Source: Gaiellaceae bacterium
GTDB taxonomy: Bacteria; Actinomycetota; Thermoleophilia; Gaiellales; Gaiellaceae
Assembly: GCA_036395295.1 (NCBI GenBank)
Contig: DASWDJ010000195.1
Span: 2,283 to 66,282 of the forward strand
Direction of reading: 5' to 3'
DNA length: 64,000 nt
Below are positions 34,311 to 43,173 of the stretch, piece by piece. Below the pieces are notes generated by a model, which worked only from the letters and a program-made list of their open reading frames with translations, did not search any database and was not told the origin of the DNA. Position 1 is the stretch's first letter. Each line of letters starts with the position of its first letter. The position numbers and the translations under genes were made by a program.

Positions 34311-34335
34311 CGCGTCAAGTTTAGGCTCACACGCG

Positions 34336-35592
34336 ATGCCACTCGACCCGAGCCGCACCGTCGCCGAGCTCCGCGAGCTGCAGGAGCTGACGGGCGACGA
34401 GGACGGCGCTCAGCGCGTCGCGTGGACGGACACCTGGGTGCGCGCGAAGGAGTGGCTCGCCGAGAAGGTTCCGCTCGAGGACGAGGTCGACGAGGCCGGC
34501 AACCAATGGTGGACGCTCGCGGGCCGCTCCGAGCAGGCCGTGCTCATCGGCGGGCACATCGACTCGGTGCCGAACGGCGGTTGGCTCGACGGGGCGCTGA
34601 ACGTCATAGCCGGCGTCGAGGTGATGCGGCGCCTGGCCGAGGAGGGCGAGCCGAAGACCACGGTGCGGCTCGTCAACTGGGCAGACGAGGAGGGCGCGCG
34701 CTTCGGCCGCTCACTGTTCGGCTCGAGCGCGGCCGCCGGGTCGATGGCCGACCAGGACGAGCTCCGCGCCCGCAAGGACGCCGACGGGAACGCGCTGCCC
34801 GAGGTCCTCGCCGAGCACGGCGTCGATCTTGACCGCGCGCTCGAGGCGCGGAAGCAGCTCGAGAACGCGGCCGCCTACGTCGAGCTGCACATCGAGCAGG
34901 GGCCGGTGCTCGAGACGCTCGACCTGCCGCTCGGTGTCGTCCTCGGCACCTTCGGGGTCGAGCGCCACCAGGTCACCTTCCGCGGTCAGGCCGCTCATGC
35001 AGGGTCGACGCCGATGGACGCCCGCCGCGACGCGCTCGCCGGCGCTGCGAGGCTCGAGCTCGAGATCCGTGAGATCGCGACCGGTGTGGGAGGCGGAGCC
35101 GTGTGCACGATGGGCAGCGTCGTCACGAAGCCCGGCATCGTCACCTCGGTCGTCGAGACGGCCGAGTGCCTGCTCGACCAGCGGCACCTGGACGCCGAGA
35201 CGCTCGCTGCGATGCTCGAGGCTGCGAAGGCTGTTACGGAGCGGATCGCCAACGAGGAGGACGTCGGGGTCGAGTGGGAGCGGATCTGGCAGATCGAGCC
35301 GATCCTCTTCGACGACGAGCTGATCGGGCTCGCCGAGGACTCGATCGAGGAGGTCGCCGGCACATCGCAACGCCTGCCGAGCGGGCCGCTACACGACGCG
35401 GCCGAGGTCGCCCGTGCAGGCGTGCCGACGGTGATGCTCTTCGTTCAGAGCCTGCGCGGCCTCTCGCACACGAAGCTCGAGGACACGAAGGAAGAGCATC
35501 TCGAGTTGGCGGTGCAGGCGCTCGACCGGCTCACCGAGCGGACGATTGCCTGGGTTTCGAGTCAGTCCGGCAAGACGTCGCGAGGCGCGTAA
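34336..35592 (+). CDS. M20-family amidohydrolase (N-carbamoyl-amino-acid / beta-ureidopropionate / allantoate amidohydrolase type)
   Basis: 418 aa from the ATG at 34336. Contains GGHIDSVPNGGWLDGALNVIAG and NWADEEGARFG. It is divergent from the hydantoinase gene. Confidence 0.85.
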   Translation: MPLDPSRTVAELRELQELTGDEDGAQRVAWTDTWVRAKEWLAEKVPLEDEVDEAGNQWWTLAGRSEQAVLIGGHIDSVPNGGWLDGALNVIAGVEVMRRLAEEGEPKTTVRLVNWADEEGARFGRSLFGSSAAAGSMADQDELRARKDADGNALPEVLAEHGVDLDRALEARKQLENAAAYVELHIEQGPVLETLDLPLGVVLGTFGVERHQVTFRGQAAHAGSTPMDARRDALAGAARLELEIREIATGVGGGAVCTMGSVVTKPGIVTSVVETAECLLDQRHLDAETLAAMLEAAKAVTERIANEEDVGVEWERIWQIEPILFDDELIGLAEDSIEEVAGTSQRLPSGPLHDAAEVARAGVPTVMLFVQSLRGLSHTKLEDTKEEHLELAVQALDRLTERTIAWVSSQSGKTSRGA

Positions 35593-35960
35593 CGGTGGTG
35601 GAGGATGAGGGCGTTGCCGTCCGGATCCGAGAAGTAGGCCTGGTAACAGACGCCGCTGTCGACCGTGTCCCCGAAGAACGAGACGCCGCGGGACTCGAGC
35701 TCGGATCGTGCGGCCTCGACATCATCGACGTGAAGCGCAATCGCGCCGCTCGTCGGCTCGAACTCACGGCCGATCTTCGCCGAATCGACCAGCTGGATCG
35801 TGAGGTTTCCGGTCTCGAACTCGCCTCCGACCCCGTTGTTGTAGCGCTTGGCCAAGGGTAAGCCGAGCACGCCGCCGTAGAACTTCTGCGCCGCCTCGAA
35901 GTCCTTCGTCGGCACGAAGACGAAGTCGGTGCCGGTGATGAGCGGTTGCGAACTGTTCAT
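35562..35960 (-). CDS. VOC (glyoxalase/bleomycin-resistance) family protein
   Basis: 132 aa. DFEAAQKFYGGVLGL...YFSDPDGNALILH is a typical VOC pattern. Confidence 0.75.
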   Translation of the reverse strand: MNSSQPLITGTDFVFVPTKDFEAAQKFYGGVLGLPLAKRYNNGVGGEFETGNLTIQLVDSAKIGREFEPTSGAIALHVDDVEAARSELESRGVSFFGDTVDSGVCYQAYFSDPDGNALILHHRYAPRDVLPD

Positions 35961-36030
35961 ATCTCTCCTCGCGAAGGCCGGGTGTTTGCGTTTGTTGCTC
36001 CGCCCCCGGCCGATCTAGTTCTGCTGCCCG

Positions 36031-36879
36031 CTAGGCCGAAACGCCCTGGGTCGTAACCGCGGTCGCGTCGAGCACGCCGTCGAGCCAGCTGTCGATGGAC
36101 GCAGCGATCTCTTCCCACCCCTCGGCCGCCATCATCAGGTGAGGCCGGCCCTCGAGCTCGATGTAGTCGGTCGTCGCCGGCGAGCGCTCGTACTTCTCGT
36201 ACTGCTTCTTGGACAGCGAGGCCGGCACCGTGTGGTCGTTCTCCGCCCCGACGATCAGCAGCGGAGCGCGATCGCCCTTCTTGAAGTGAACCTCGGTCGG
36301 TGGGTGCAGGCGGAAGTTCGCGAAACCGGCCTCGTAGAAGATCTGTCCGGTCTCGGGGACCGCATACCGCTCGTAGGCGGCCGCCGCGTCCTCGGGGGAG
36401 AACGTGTTCACGAACCCGTACGTGAACTCCTCGAGCGACAGTGGGACGACACCGTGCCACTTCGATGGATGCGCGAGGGCAGGAGCCGCGACCTTGAGCG
36501 ACGAGAACGGCAGCACGAGGATGCCCTTCGGCGGAGCGGGGCTCATCGCAACGCCGGCGCGGCCGAGACCGCGATCGAGCAGCAGCTCCACGATCAGGCC
36601 ACCGAACGAGTGGCCGATCAGAACCGGCGGCTCGTCGAGGGCGCGGATCTGCTCCTCGTAGTGGTCGACGATCTCGGTGATACCGAGGCCTTTCAGCTCC
36701 TCCGCGTCCTTTCTCAGCTCCTCGACGTCGCCTTGTTTTCGCGGCCACTCCGGAGCGGAGACGGCGAAGTTGCGGCTCTCGAAGTACTGCGCGAAGTTCT
36801 CCCAGCTGTTCGCTGCGAGCCAGGCTCCGTGAATCAGCATCAGCGGAATCCGGTCGCTTTCAGTGCGTGTGCTTTCCAT
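36031..36879 (-). CDS. alpha/beta hydrolase
   Basis: IPLMLIHGAW..., the nucleophile elbow GHSFGG, and a 282-aa length. Confidence 0.8.
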   Translation of the reverse strand: MESTRTESDRIPLMLIHGAWLAANSWENFAQYFESRNFAVSAPEWPRKQGDVEELRKDAEELKGLGITEIVDHYEEQIRALDEPPVLIGHSFGGLIVELLLDRGLGRAGVAMSPAPPKGILVLPFSSLKVAAPALAHPSKWHGVVPLSLEEFTYGFVNTFSPEDAAAAYERYAVPETGQIFYEAGFANFRLHPPTEVHFKKGDRAPLLIVGAENDHTVPASLSKKQYEKYERSPATTDYIELEGRPHLMMAAEGWEEIAASIDSWLDGVLDATAVTTQGVSA

Positions 36880-36957
36880 GACGGCTCCTCCTCAGTGGTT
36901 ACCCCACTACGTTATGCGTCCGTCGCTCAATCGCGACGGTGAAACAATGTCGCGGGT

Positions 36958-37599
36958 TTGTCAGCGCGAGCCTTGACACACGAGCTTCGGGACGTGGCGC
37001 CGGGTCTTTGGCTCTGGCGCGTCGAGCATCCGGACTGGAACCCTCGGCTCGACTGGCCACAGACCGTGACTTCGACGTGCGTCGAATCGGGCGGGGAGAT
37101 CGCCGTCCTCGACCCGCTCGCGCCTCCGGACGACGCCGGCGAGATCTGGGCTCGGCTCGACGCGTGTCCGCCGACACTCGCCGTCGTCCTCAAACCGGAT
37201 CACGTCCGCGATGTCGACCACTTCGTCGGCCGCTACGGCGTTCGCGCGTTCGGCCCCAATCTCTTCTGGCGCACCAACATTCCGGAGACCGAGCTCGAAG
37301 GGATCGAGCCCGGCGCCGAGCTTCCGGGCGGCCTCGTCGCCCTCTACGACGGACGGGGCCGCAACGAGACGCCGCTCTGGCTGCCGGAGCAGCGTGCGCT
37401 CGTCTTCGCCGACGCGCTGACTGCCCCCGAGGGCGAGCTCCTCGTCTGGTCGACCCCGTGGCACGAAGAGCGCGTGCTCCCTGCGCTGGGGGCGCTGCTC
37501 GACCTGCCCTTCGAGCATGTCATCGTCTCGCACGGCGAGCCGGTGCACGACCGAGCCGCGTACGAGCGAGCTCTCGAGCTCCCGACCTGGCAGGGCTAG
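36958..37599 (+). CDS. hypothetical protein, possibly a degenerate MBL-fold
   Basis: 213 aa with a TTG start and high GC3. LKPDHVRDVDHF stands where MBL proteins carry HxHxDH. The assignment is weak. Confidence 0.45.
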   Translation: MSARALTHELRDVAPGLWLWRVEHPDWNPRLDWPQTVTSTCVESGGEIAVLDPLAPPDDAGEIWARLDACPPTLAVVLKPDHVRDVDHFVGRYGVRAFGPNLFWRTNIPETELEGIEPGAELPGGLVALYDGRGRNETPLWLPEQRALVFADALTAPEGELLVWSTPWHEERVLPALGALLDLPFEHVIVSHGEPVHDRAAYERALELPTWQG

Positions 37600-37641
37600 G
37601 AAGAGGTGCCTGCCGCGTGGCATCCCGACACAACTTGACTT

Positions 37642-37661
37642 CATACCAACTGGTTGGTATG
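37642..37661 (+). promoter_or_regulatory. perfect 9-bp inverted repeat operator (CATACCAAC-tg-GTTGGTATG) overlapping a TTGACT promoter
   Basis: TTGACT lies at 37635-37640. The palindrome fills the spacer and the -10 region (TATGAC at 37658-37663). It is upstream of the SRPBCC-TetR operon. Confidence 0.6.
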
Positions 37662-37697
37662 ACACCTTCTATCCACGAGCGACAGAGGGAGACAGCG

Positions 37698-38159
37698 ATG
37701 AGACGAGTCGAGATTCAGGACGAGATCGTGGCGGACGCGAGTCCGGAGGAGGTCTGGCGGGCGATCGACGATCCGGTCCGGCACGCTGACTGGCACCCGT
37801 TCGTGACGTCGATCGACGGGGCGCACGCGCTTGGGTCGACGCGCCGCTGCCAGGTCCTACTTGGCAAGAAAGCCGCCGAGACCGAGGAGCTCTGCACGAC
37901 CTACGACCAGGGCAAGACGATCCTGTGGCGGATCGACAAGGACTCGAGCGGGTTCTTGCGGATGGTCTCGGACTGGACTGCCGGGTTCGTCCTCGAGCCG
38001 GACGGGTCAGACCGGACGCGCGTCACCGCGCACAGCGTCTTCAGGCCCAGGAACCCGCTCATCGGGCTGATGATGCCGATGGTCAAGCGCAAGTTTCATC
38101 AGGTTCAGCGGGCGGTCCTGGCCGGGCTGAAGCAGTTCGCGGAACGCGAGCGTGGCTGA
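37698..38159 (+). CDS. SRPBCC (START/polyketide cyclase-like) family protein
   Basis: 153 aa from the ATG at 37698, with GAGGGA upstream. Contains ADASPEEVWRAIDDPVRHADWHP. Confidence 0.75.
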   Translation: MRRVEIQDEIVADASPEEVWRAIDDPVRHADWHPFVTSIDGAHALGSTRRCQVLLGKKAAETEELCTTYDQGKTILWRIDKDSSGFLRMVSDWTAGFVLEPDGSDRTRVTAHSVFRPRNPLIGLMMPMVKRKFHQVQRAVLAGLKQFAERERG

Positions 38160-38739
38160 TCCGGCCGCGCGAGAGCGCCTGCTCGACGCCGCCATCGGTC
38201 TCTCTGTCGAGAAGGGGTTCGCCGACACGACCGTCGCCGAGGTCTGCGAGCGGGCGGACCTCACCAAAGGAGCGTTCTTCCACTACTTCAAAGGGAAGGA
38301 GGCGATGGGCAAGGCCGTCCTCGACCAATGGGTCGCTAACGGCAACGCCGCGTTCGGCGCCGCTCCGTTCTGGGAGGAGGCCGACCCGATTAACCGCCTC
38401 TACGGCTATGTCGATTTCACGGTCGAGCAGCTCAAGGCGGGTCCCTGCGGTTGCCTCGTGGGCATCTTCTCCCAGGAGCTCTGGCAGTCGCAGCCGGTGC
38501 TCCGCGCCCGCTGCGAGGAGGCATTCATCGAGTGGGCCGACGGTCTCGCGGCCCTTGTCGAGGAGGCGAAGACTCTGCATGCGCCGAAGGCGAGCGTGGA
38601 TTCCAGAAGCCTCGCGTACCACTTCATCGCAATCTTCGAGGGCGCGTTGATCCTCGCCCGGGCCCACGAGCGGCCCGAGATCGTCGAGGAGCAGCTCGGG
38701 CACTTCAAGCGGTATGTACAGAGCCTGTTCGGCGTCTAG
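38152..38739 (+). CDS. TetR/AcrR family transcriptional regulator
   Basis: N-terminal helix-turn-helix RERLLDAAIGLSVEKGFADTTVAEVCERADLTKGAFFHYFKGKEAM. It overlaps the SRPBCC gene by 8 nt. Confidence 0.9.
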   Translation: MADPAARERLLDAAIGLSVEKGFADTTVAEVCERADLTKGAFFHYFKGKEAMGKAVLDQWVANGNAAFGAAPFWEEADPINRLYGYVDFTVEQLKAGPCGCLVGIFSQELWQSQPVLRARCEEAFIEWADGLAALVEEAKTLHAPKASVDSRSLAYHFIAIFEGALILARAHERPEIVEEQLGHFKRYVQSLFGV

Positions 38740-39149
38740 ATGGGCTCGAAGAGTCGCTCGCGGTTGCGCGCGGCGAAGACGACGATTGCCGGAACGAGGA
38801 GCACGAGCCCGAGCAGCGCGGAGACGTCGGCCAGGTTGAACGCGATCCCCCCGGCGACGAGCGGATCGGGCACACCCGGGAGCGAGGGCCAGAGCGCGAA
38901 CGACGCCAGGTTTCCGATCGCACCGCCCAGCACCAGGCCGCCGGCAAGCGCGATCGAGGCCGACCGCACGAGTGCGATCGCGCCGGCCCAGGCGAGCGTC
39001 GCTGCCGCGAGCCCCGCGACATAAGGCGCCGAGCGGTCGTGGGCGAGCACGGCGCCGCCTCGCTCGGAAACGGCCAGCGCTTTGTGGGAGAGGTCGATCG
39101 CCGCCACCACGGCTGCGGCGCCTAGCAGCAGGGCAAGAGTCCGGATCAC
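38736..39149 (-). CDS. short signal peptidase II (LspA)-like membrane protein lacking one catalytic Asp
   Basis: 137 aa with 4 hydrophobic helices. VVAAIDLSHKAL resembles the LspA N-terminal LDQxTK motif. GGAIGNLASF stands in place of GGAxGNxxDR. FNLADV is retained. Confidence 0.5.
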   Translation of the reverse strand: MIRTLALLLGAAAVVAAIDLSHKALAVSERGGAVLAHDRSAPYVAGLAAATLAWAGAIALVRSASIALAGGLVLGGAIGNLASFALWPSLPGVPDPLVAGGIAFNLADVSALLGLVLLVPAIVVFAARNRERLFEPI

Positions 39150-39206
39150 ATCGGGAGTATGTGCCTTTCACGTGCCTCTCATCCAGCTCCGCCTAGGCTC
39201 TGTTAG

Positions 39207-40553
39207 ATGCGTACCGTCCTGCTCGGCCTCTGTCTGTCCGCGGCTCTCGCACTGAGCGCGTGCGACAGCGGGAACACGTCTTCGAGCAAGTCGGCCTCGA
39301 CTCCATTCACATCCACCGCCTGCGGTACCTACACCGGCGGCGGCTGCGCACCGGCGAGCAAACGAGTCGATCTGACGAGGCCCTCGTTCTCGGACTCGGC
39401 CAAGATCACGAACCCGCTCTTCCCGATCAGCCGCCTCCAGTCCGCGCTCCTGCTCGGCCACGTCGACGGCAAGCCGTTCCGGACGGAGACGACGCTCCTG
39501 CCCGGCACAAGAACGGTGACCTGGAACGGCGACCAGATCCCTGTGCTGGTCTCCCAATACATGGCCTACCTGGACGGCCGCCTCGACGAAGTCGCGCTCG
39601 ATCGGTACGCGCAGGCCGACGACGGATCGGTCTGGTACCTCGGGGAGGACGTCTTCGACTACCGGAACGGCGCGATCGCCTTCACAGAGGGCACCTGGCT
39701 GGCCGGCCGCGAAGGCCCGGCCGCAATGATCATGCCCGCTCGATCCCAAGGTGGGCGAGGTGTACCGCACAGAGAATGCGCCCGGGATCATCTTCGAGGA
39801 GGTAACGGCAAGACCGTCGGCAAGACCGTGGCCGGGCCGCGTGGCCCAGTGGAGGGCGAAATGGTCGCCTCCGAGCTGCACTCCGATGGGACGACCGAGG
39901 ACAAGCTCTTTGCGCCCGGTTATGGTGAGTTCAGGACCGCGGGCGGCGGGGACCTCGAGGCCCTCGCTCTTGCCGTTCCCACGGACGCCCTCCCCGGACC
40001 GATGCCGACTGCGCTCGCATCCCTGTCGGCGAGCGCCGAGGGGATCCTCGAATCGGCCCGCATCGGGGACTGGGAGGGCGCGGCAGCGACGCTCGAGCGC
40101 ATGAACGCGGCTTGGACGAAGCTGCACGCCGGCAACCCGCCACCGATGGTTGCTGCTCGGCTGAGCAAGTCTCTGGCCGCGCTGACCCGCGGAGTCAAGG
40201 CCGAGAAGCCCGGGCACGCTGTCCAGAAGGCGATCGACGTCGCGCAGTCGGTCTTCGACCTTCAGCTTCGTTACCGGCCCCCCGCGGAGATCGACGCGGT
40301 TCGCTTTCACCTCTGGACGCAGCAGCTCCGTGTTGATGCAGCCGCCAAGGATCTGGCCGGGGTGACCGGCGATGTGGCGGTGCTGGAGTGGATACGCGAC
40401 CGGATCGCCCATACCCTCGAACCGGCCGCGCGTAGCGAGATCAACTCTCGACTTCGAGCGCTCCGGTCGGCGACCGACGCGGGGAACCTGCCCGCCGCCG
40501 CGGATCATGCGGCGCGGCTAGGCGCGCGCCTACAAGACCTGACTGACGGTTAA
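39207..40553 (+). CDS. hypothetical lipoprotein (448 aa)
   Basis: Lipobox LALSAC after a signal sequence. The C-terminal half is helical. An internal ~22-codon stretch appears to be read out of its ancestral frame (see findings). Confidence 0.7.
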   Translation: MRTVLLGLCLSAALALSACDSGNTSSSKSASTPFTSTACGTYTGGGCAPASKRVDLTRPSFSDSAKITNPLFPISRLQSALLLGHVDGKPFRTETTLLPGTRTVTWNGDQIPVLVSQYMAYLDGRLDEVALDRYAQADDGSVWYLGEDVFDYRNGAIAFTEGTWLAGREGPAAMIMPARSQGGRGVPHRECARDHLRGGNGKTVGKTVAGPRGPVEGEMVASELHSDGTTEDKLFAPGYGEFRTAGGGDLEALALAVPTDALPGPMPTALASLSASAEGILESARIGDWEGAAATLERMNAAWTKLHAGNPPPMVAARLSKSLAALTRGVKAEKPGHAVQKAIDVAQSVFDLQLRYRPPAEIDAVRFHLWTQQLRVDAAAKDLAGVTGDVAVLEWIRDRIAHTLEPAARSEINSRLRALRSATDAGNLPAAADHAARLGARLQDLTDG

Positions 40554-40564
40554 GCTCGCACAAG

Positions 40565-41578
40565 ATGCTCAGCTTCGGAGTCACGGTTATGCCGGACCCG
40601 CCGTATGGGCAGCTGATCGAGCTCTTTCAGCGCGCCGAGGAGCAAGGTTTCGAGTACGGGTGGACGTACGACTCGCACATCCTCTGGCAGGAGTCCTACG
40701 CGCTGTTGCCTCTGGCGGCTGGAGCTACGAAGACCCTCAAGCTCGGGCACTGCGTCACGAACCCGGGCATCCGCGACCCGACGATCACCGCGAGCTGGTA
40801 CGCGACCATGCAGGACGTCTCGCAGGGCCGGATGGTGATGGGAATCGGCCGGGGCGACTCGTCGCGGCGCGTCGTCGGCCTGAAGCCGGTGAAGGTCGCC
40901 GAGTTCGAGCGGCGCCTGCGGATGATGAAGGACCTGATGAACGGCCGGCCCGTCGCGTGGAACGAGAAGGAGCTGACCCTCGAATGGGCGCGCGGACTGC
41001 CCGAGATCCCGATGCACGTCGCCGGCTACGGGCCGCGTGCGCTCGGGGTCGCAGGCCGCGTCGGCGACGGCGTCATCATCCAGCTCGCCGACCCGCAGAT
41101 CATCCAGTGGATCATGGAGACTGCCCGAACGGCTGCCACCGAGGAGGGCCGTGACCCCGATGCGCTCGAGTGCATCGTCTGCGCGCCGAGCCACATCGGC
41201 TCCGACATCGCCGACGCCCGCGAGCAGGTGCGCTGGTTCCCGGCGATGGTCTCGAACCACGTCATGGACCTGATCGAGCGCTACGGCTTCGACTCCGAGA
41301 TCCCGGCGGCGCTGACTGACTACGTGAAGGCGCGGAAGTTCTACGACTACAAGGAGCACAGCCGCGTCGGCGCGAAGCACGGCGAGTTCGTCACCGACGA
41401 GATCTGCGACCGCTTCTGCGTGCTCGGGACGGCCGAACAGGCGACCGAGAAGCTGAAGGAGCTCGAGTCGATCGGCGTCGACCAGTTCAACATCTACCTG
41501 ATGACGCAGGGCCAGGACGAGACTCTCGCCGCCTACGGCAAGGAGATCATTCCGCAGTTCAGCGGCGTCGCGGCCTAG
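40565..41578 (+). CDS. LLM-class (luciferase-like) F420/flavin-dependent oxidoreductase
   Basis: 337 aa. FGVTVMPDPPY...GFEYGWTYDSHILWQE...GRMVMGIGRGDS...GYGPRAL is typical of the LLM F420-dependent family. Confidence 0.8.
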   Translation: MLSFGVTVMPDPPYGQLIELFQRAEEQGFEYGWTYDSHILWQESYALLPLAAGATKTLKLGHCVTNPGIRDPTITASWYATMQDVSQGRMVMGIGRGDSSRRVVGLKPVKVAEFERRLRMMKDLMNGRPVAWNEKELTLEWARGLPEIPMHVAGYGPRALGVAGRVGDGVIIQLADPQIIQWIMETARTAATEEGRDPDALECIVCAPSHIGSDIADAREQVRWFPAMVSNHVMDLIERYGFDSEIPAALTDYVKARKFYDYKEHSRVGAKHGEFVTDEICDRFCVLGTAEQATEKLKELESIGVDQFNIYLMTQGQDETLAAYGKEIIPQFSGVAA

Positions 41579-41669
41579 GACTATTGAGCCGAAATGCCTA
41601 GGGTGAGACCTCCTCTTGGCAGCTGGTGATCGCGGGCAGCGAGTGCGAGCCGACACGGGGAGGTCCGTG

Positions 41670-42575
41670 ATGGACGACGAGCGAACCCTCGGCCGGACCG
41701 GGCTCCGCGTCAGCCCCATCGGGCTCGGGCTCGCGGCGCTCGGGCGACCGGGCTACATCAATCTCGGGCACGGCCGCGACCTCGCGGGGGAGACGAACGT
41801 TGAGGCGCTCGAGCGCAGGACCCACGAGGTGCTCGATGCCGCCTATGCCGCCGGCGTGCGTTACCTCGACGCGGCGCGCTCCTACGGCCGCGCCGAGGAT
41901 TTCCTCGCCTCCTGGCTCGACGCACGCGCCGTCCCGCCGGGCGCTGTTACCGTCGGCTCGAAGTGGGGCTACGTCTATACGGCCGACTGGCACGTCGAGG
42001 CCGATCGCCACGAGGTGAAGGACCTCTCCGCCGCCAACCTCCGCCGGCAGTCCGCCGAGAGCCGTGCGCTGCTCGGCGATCACCTCGCTCTCTACCAGAT
42101 CCACTCCGCCACCCTCGAGAGCGGTGTCCTCGACGACGCCGAGGTCCGTGACGAGCTCACCGGACTCCGCGAGCAGGGGTTGGCGATCGGCTTCACGGCC
42201 AGCGGGCCCCGGCAGCGCGAGACGATCGAGCGCGCGCTCGAGGTCGGCGGCTTCGACAGCGTCCAGGCGACGTGGAATCTCCTCGAGCGTTCGGCCGGCA
42301 CGGCGCTCGCTGCCGCGCACGAGGCCGGCCTGGGCGTGATCGTCAAGGAGGCCCTGGCCAACGGACGGCTGATCGGAACCGTTCCGGACTCGGTCGCGAT
42401 CGCCGCTGTGCTCGCGCAGCCCTGGGCAGACGTCGTCCTCAGCGGGGCAGTGACCGTCGAGCACCTCGAGAGCAACCTGCGCGCGCTCGAGGCGAAATAC
42501 GACGGGAGGCACGACGACCTCGTCGAAGATCCCGAGGCCTACTGGTCGGCTCGCGCGGCCCTACCCTGGAACTGA
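41670..42575 (+). CDS. aldo/keto reductase
   Basis: ATG at 41670 with GGGGAGG upstream. Contains RTLGRTGLRVSPIGLG...LDAARSYG...LYQIHS. Confidence 0.85.
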   Translation: MDDERTLGRTGLRVSPIGLGLAALGRPGYINLGHGRDLAGETNVEALERRTHEVLDAAYAAGVRYLDAARSYGRAEDFLASWLDARAVPPGAVTVGSKWGYVYTADWHVEADRHEVKDLSAANLRRQSAESRALLGDHLALYQIHSATLESGVLDDAEVRDELTGLREQGLAIGFTASGPRQRETIERALEVGGFDSVQATWNLLERSAGTALAAAHEAGLGVIVKEALANGRLIGTVPDSVAIAAVLAQPWADVVLSGAVTVEHLESNLRALEAKYDGRHDDLVEDPEAYWSARAALPWN

Positions 42576-43154
42576 ACGCTTGACACGACGGCGGGCGCCG
42601 CGCTTTCGCCGCCGGTAGGCACGGGTCTTCAGGCGGTTGCCACAGAGCTGCATCGAGCACCAGCGGGCCGAGCGGTTCTTCGACTCGTCGAAGAAGGCCC
42701 ACCGGCAGTTCCTGCAAGCCTTCAGGCGCCCCCAGGAGCCGTCCAGCATCGCACCGACCGCGACGCTGACGAGTCGCCCGCAGAGTCTGTCGATTCCGCC
42801 CGCCCGTGGCTCGAGCTCGGGCGGGCTTCCGCGCTCGAAGACGACCGTCAGGCGCGCTCGGGCCGCGGCCTTGGCGAGGATCTCATGCGCGGCTTCCTCC
42901 TCCTTCAAGTCGCCGTTTGCGCGCAAGAGCGCACGCAGGGCCTCGCGCAGTTCGAGCGCTCGGCCGAGATCTTTCCGGCTGAACCGGGTCGCGGCCGGCA
43001 CCAGCCGCTGCTCCCGGGCCCAGGCGGCCAGCGCGCCGGGATCGGCGAGCCACTCGCGGCCGTGCTCGAGGTCGACCGTGTTGACGAACAACTGGACGAG
43101 CCGGAGCGGCGGCGGAGCGGCCTTCGGTAAGTCGTAGCGCGGCTGCTTCGACAC
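42561..43154 (-). CDS. CGNR zinc-finger (ABATE-domain) putative stress/DNA-binding protein
   Basis: C-terminal LKACRNCRWAFFDESKNRSARWCSMQLCGNRLKTRAYRRRKR contains the CGNR motif. The start is uncertain (GTG at 43154 or TTG at 43163). Confidence 0.75.
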   Translation of the reverse strand: MSKQPRYDLPKAAPPPLRLVQLFVNTVDLEHGREWLADPGALAAWAREQRLVPAATRFSRKDLGRALELREALRALLRANGDLKEEEAAHEILAKAAARARLTVVFERGSPPELEPRAGGIDRLCGRLVSVAVGAMLDGSWGRLKACRNCRWAFFDESKNRSARWCSMQLCGNRLKTRAYRRRKRGARRRVKRSVPG

Positions 43155-43173
43155 CTGTAACAATATTTTACCG

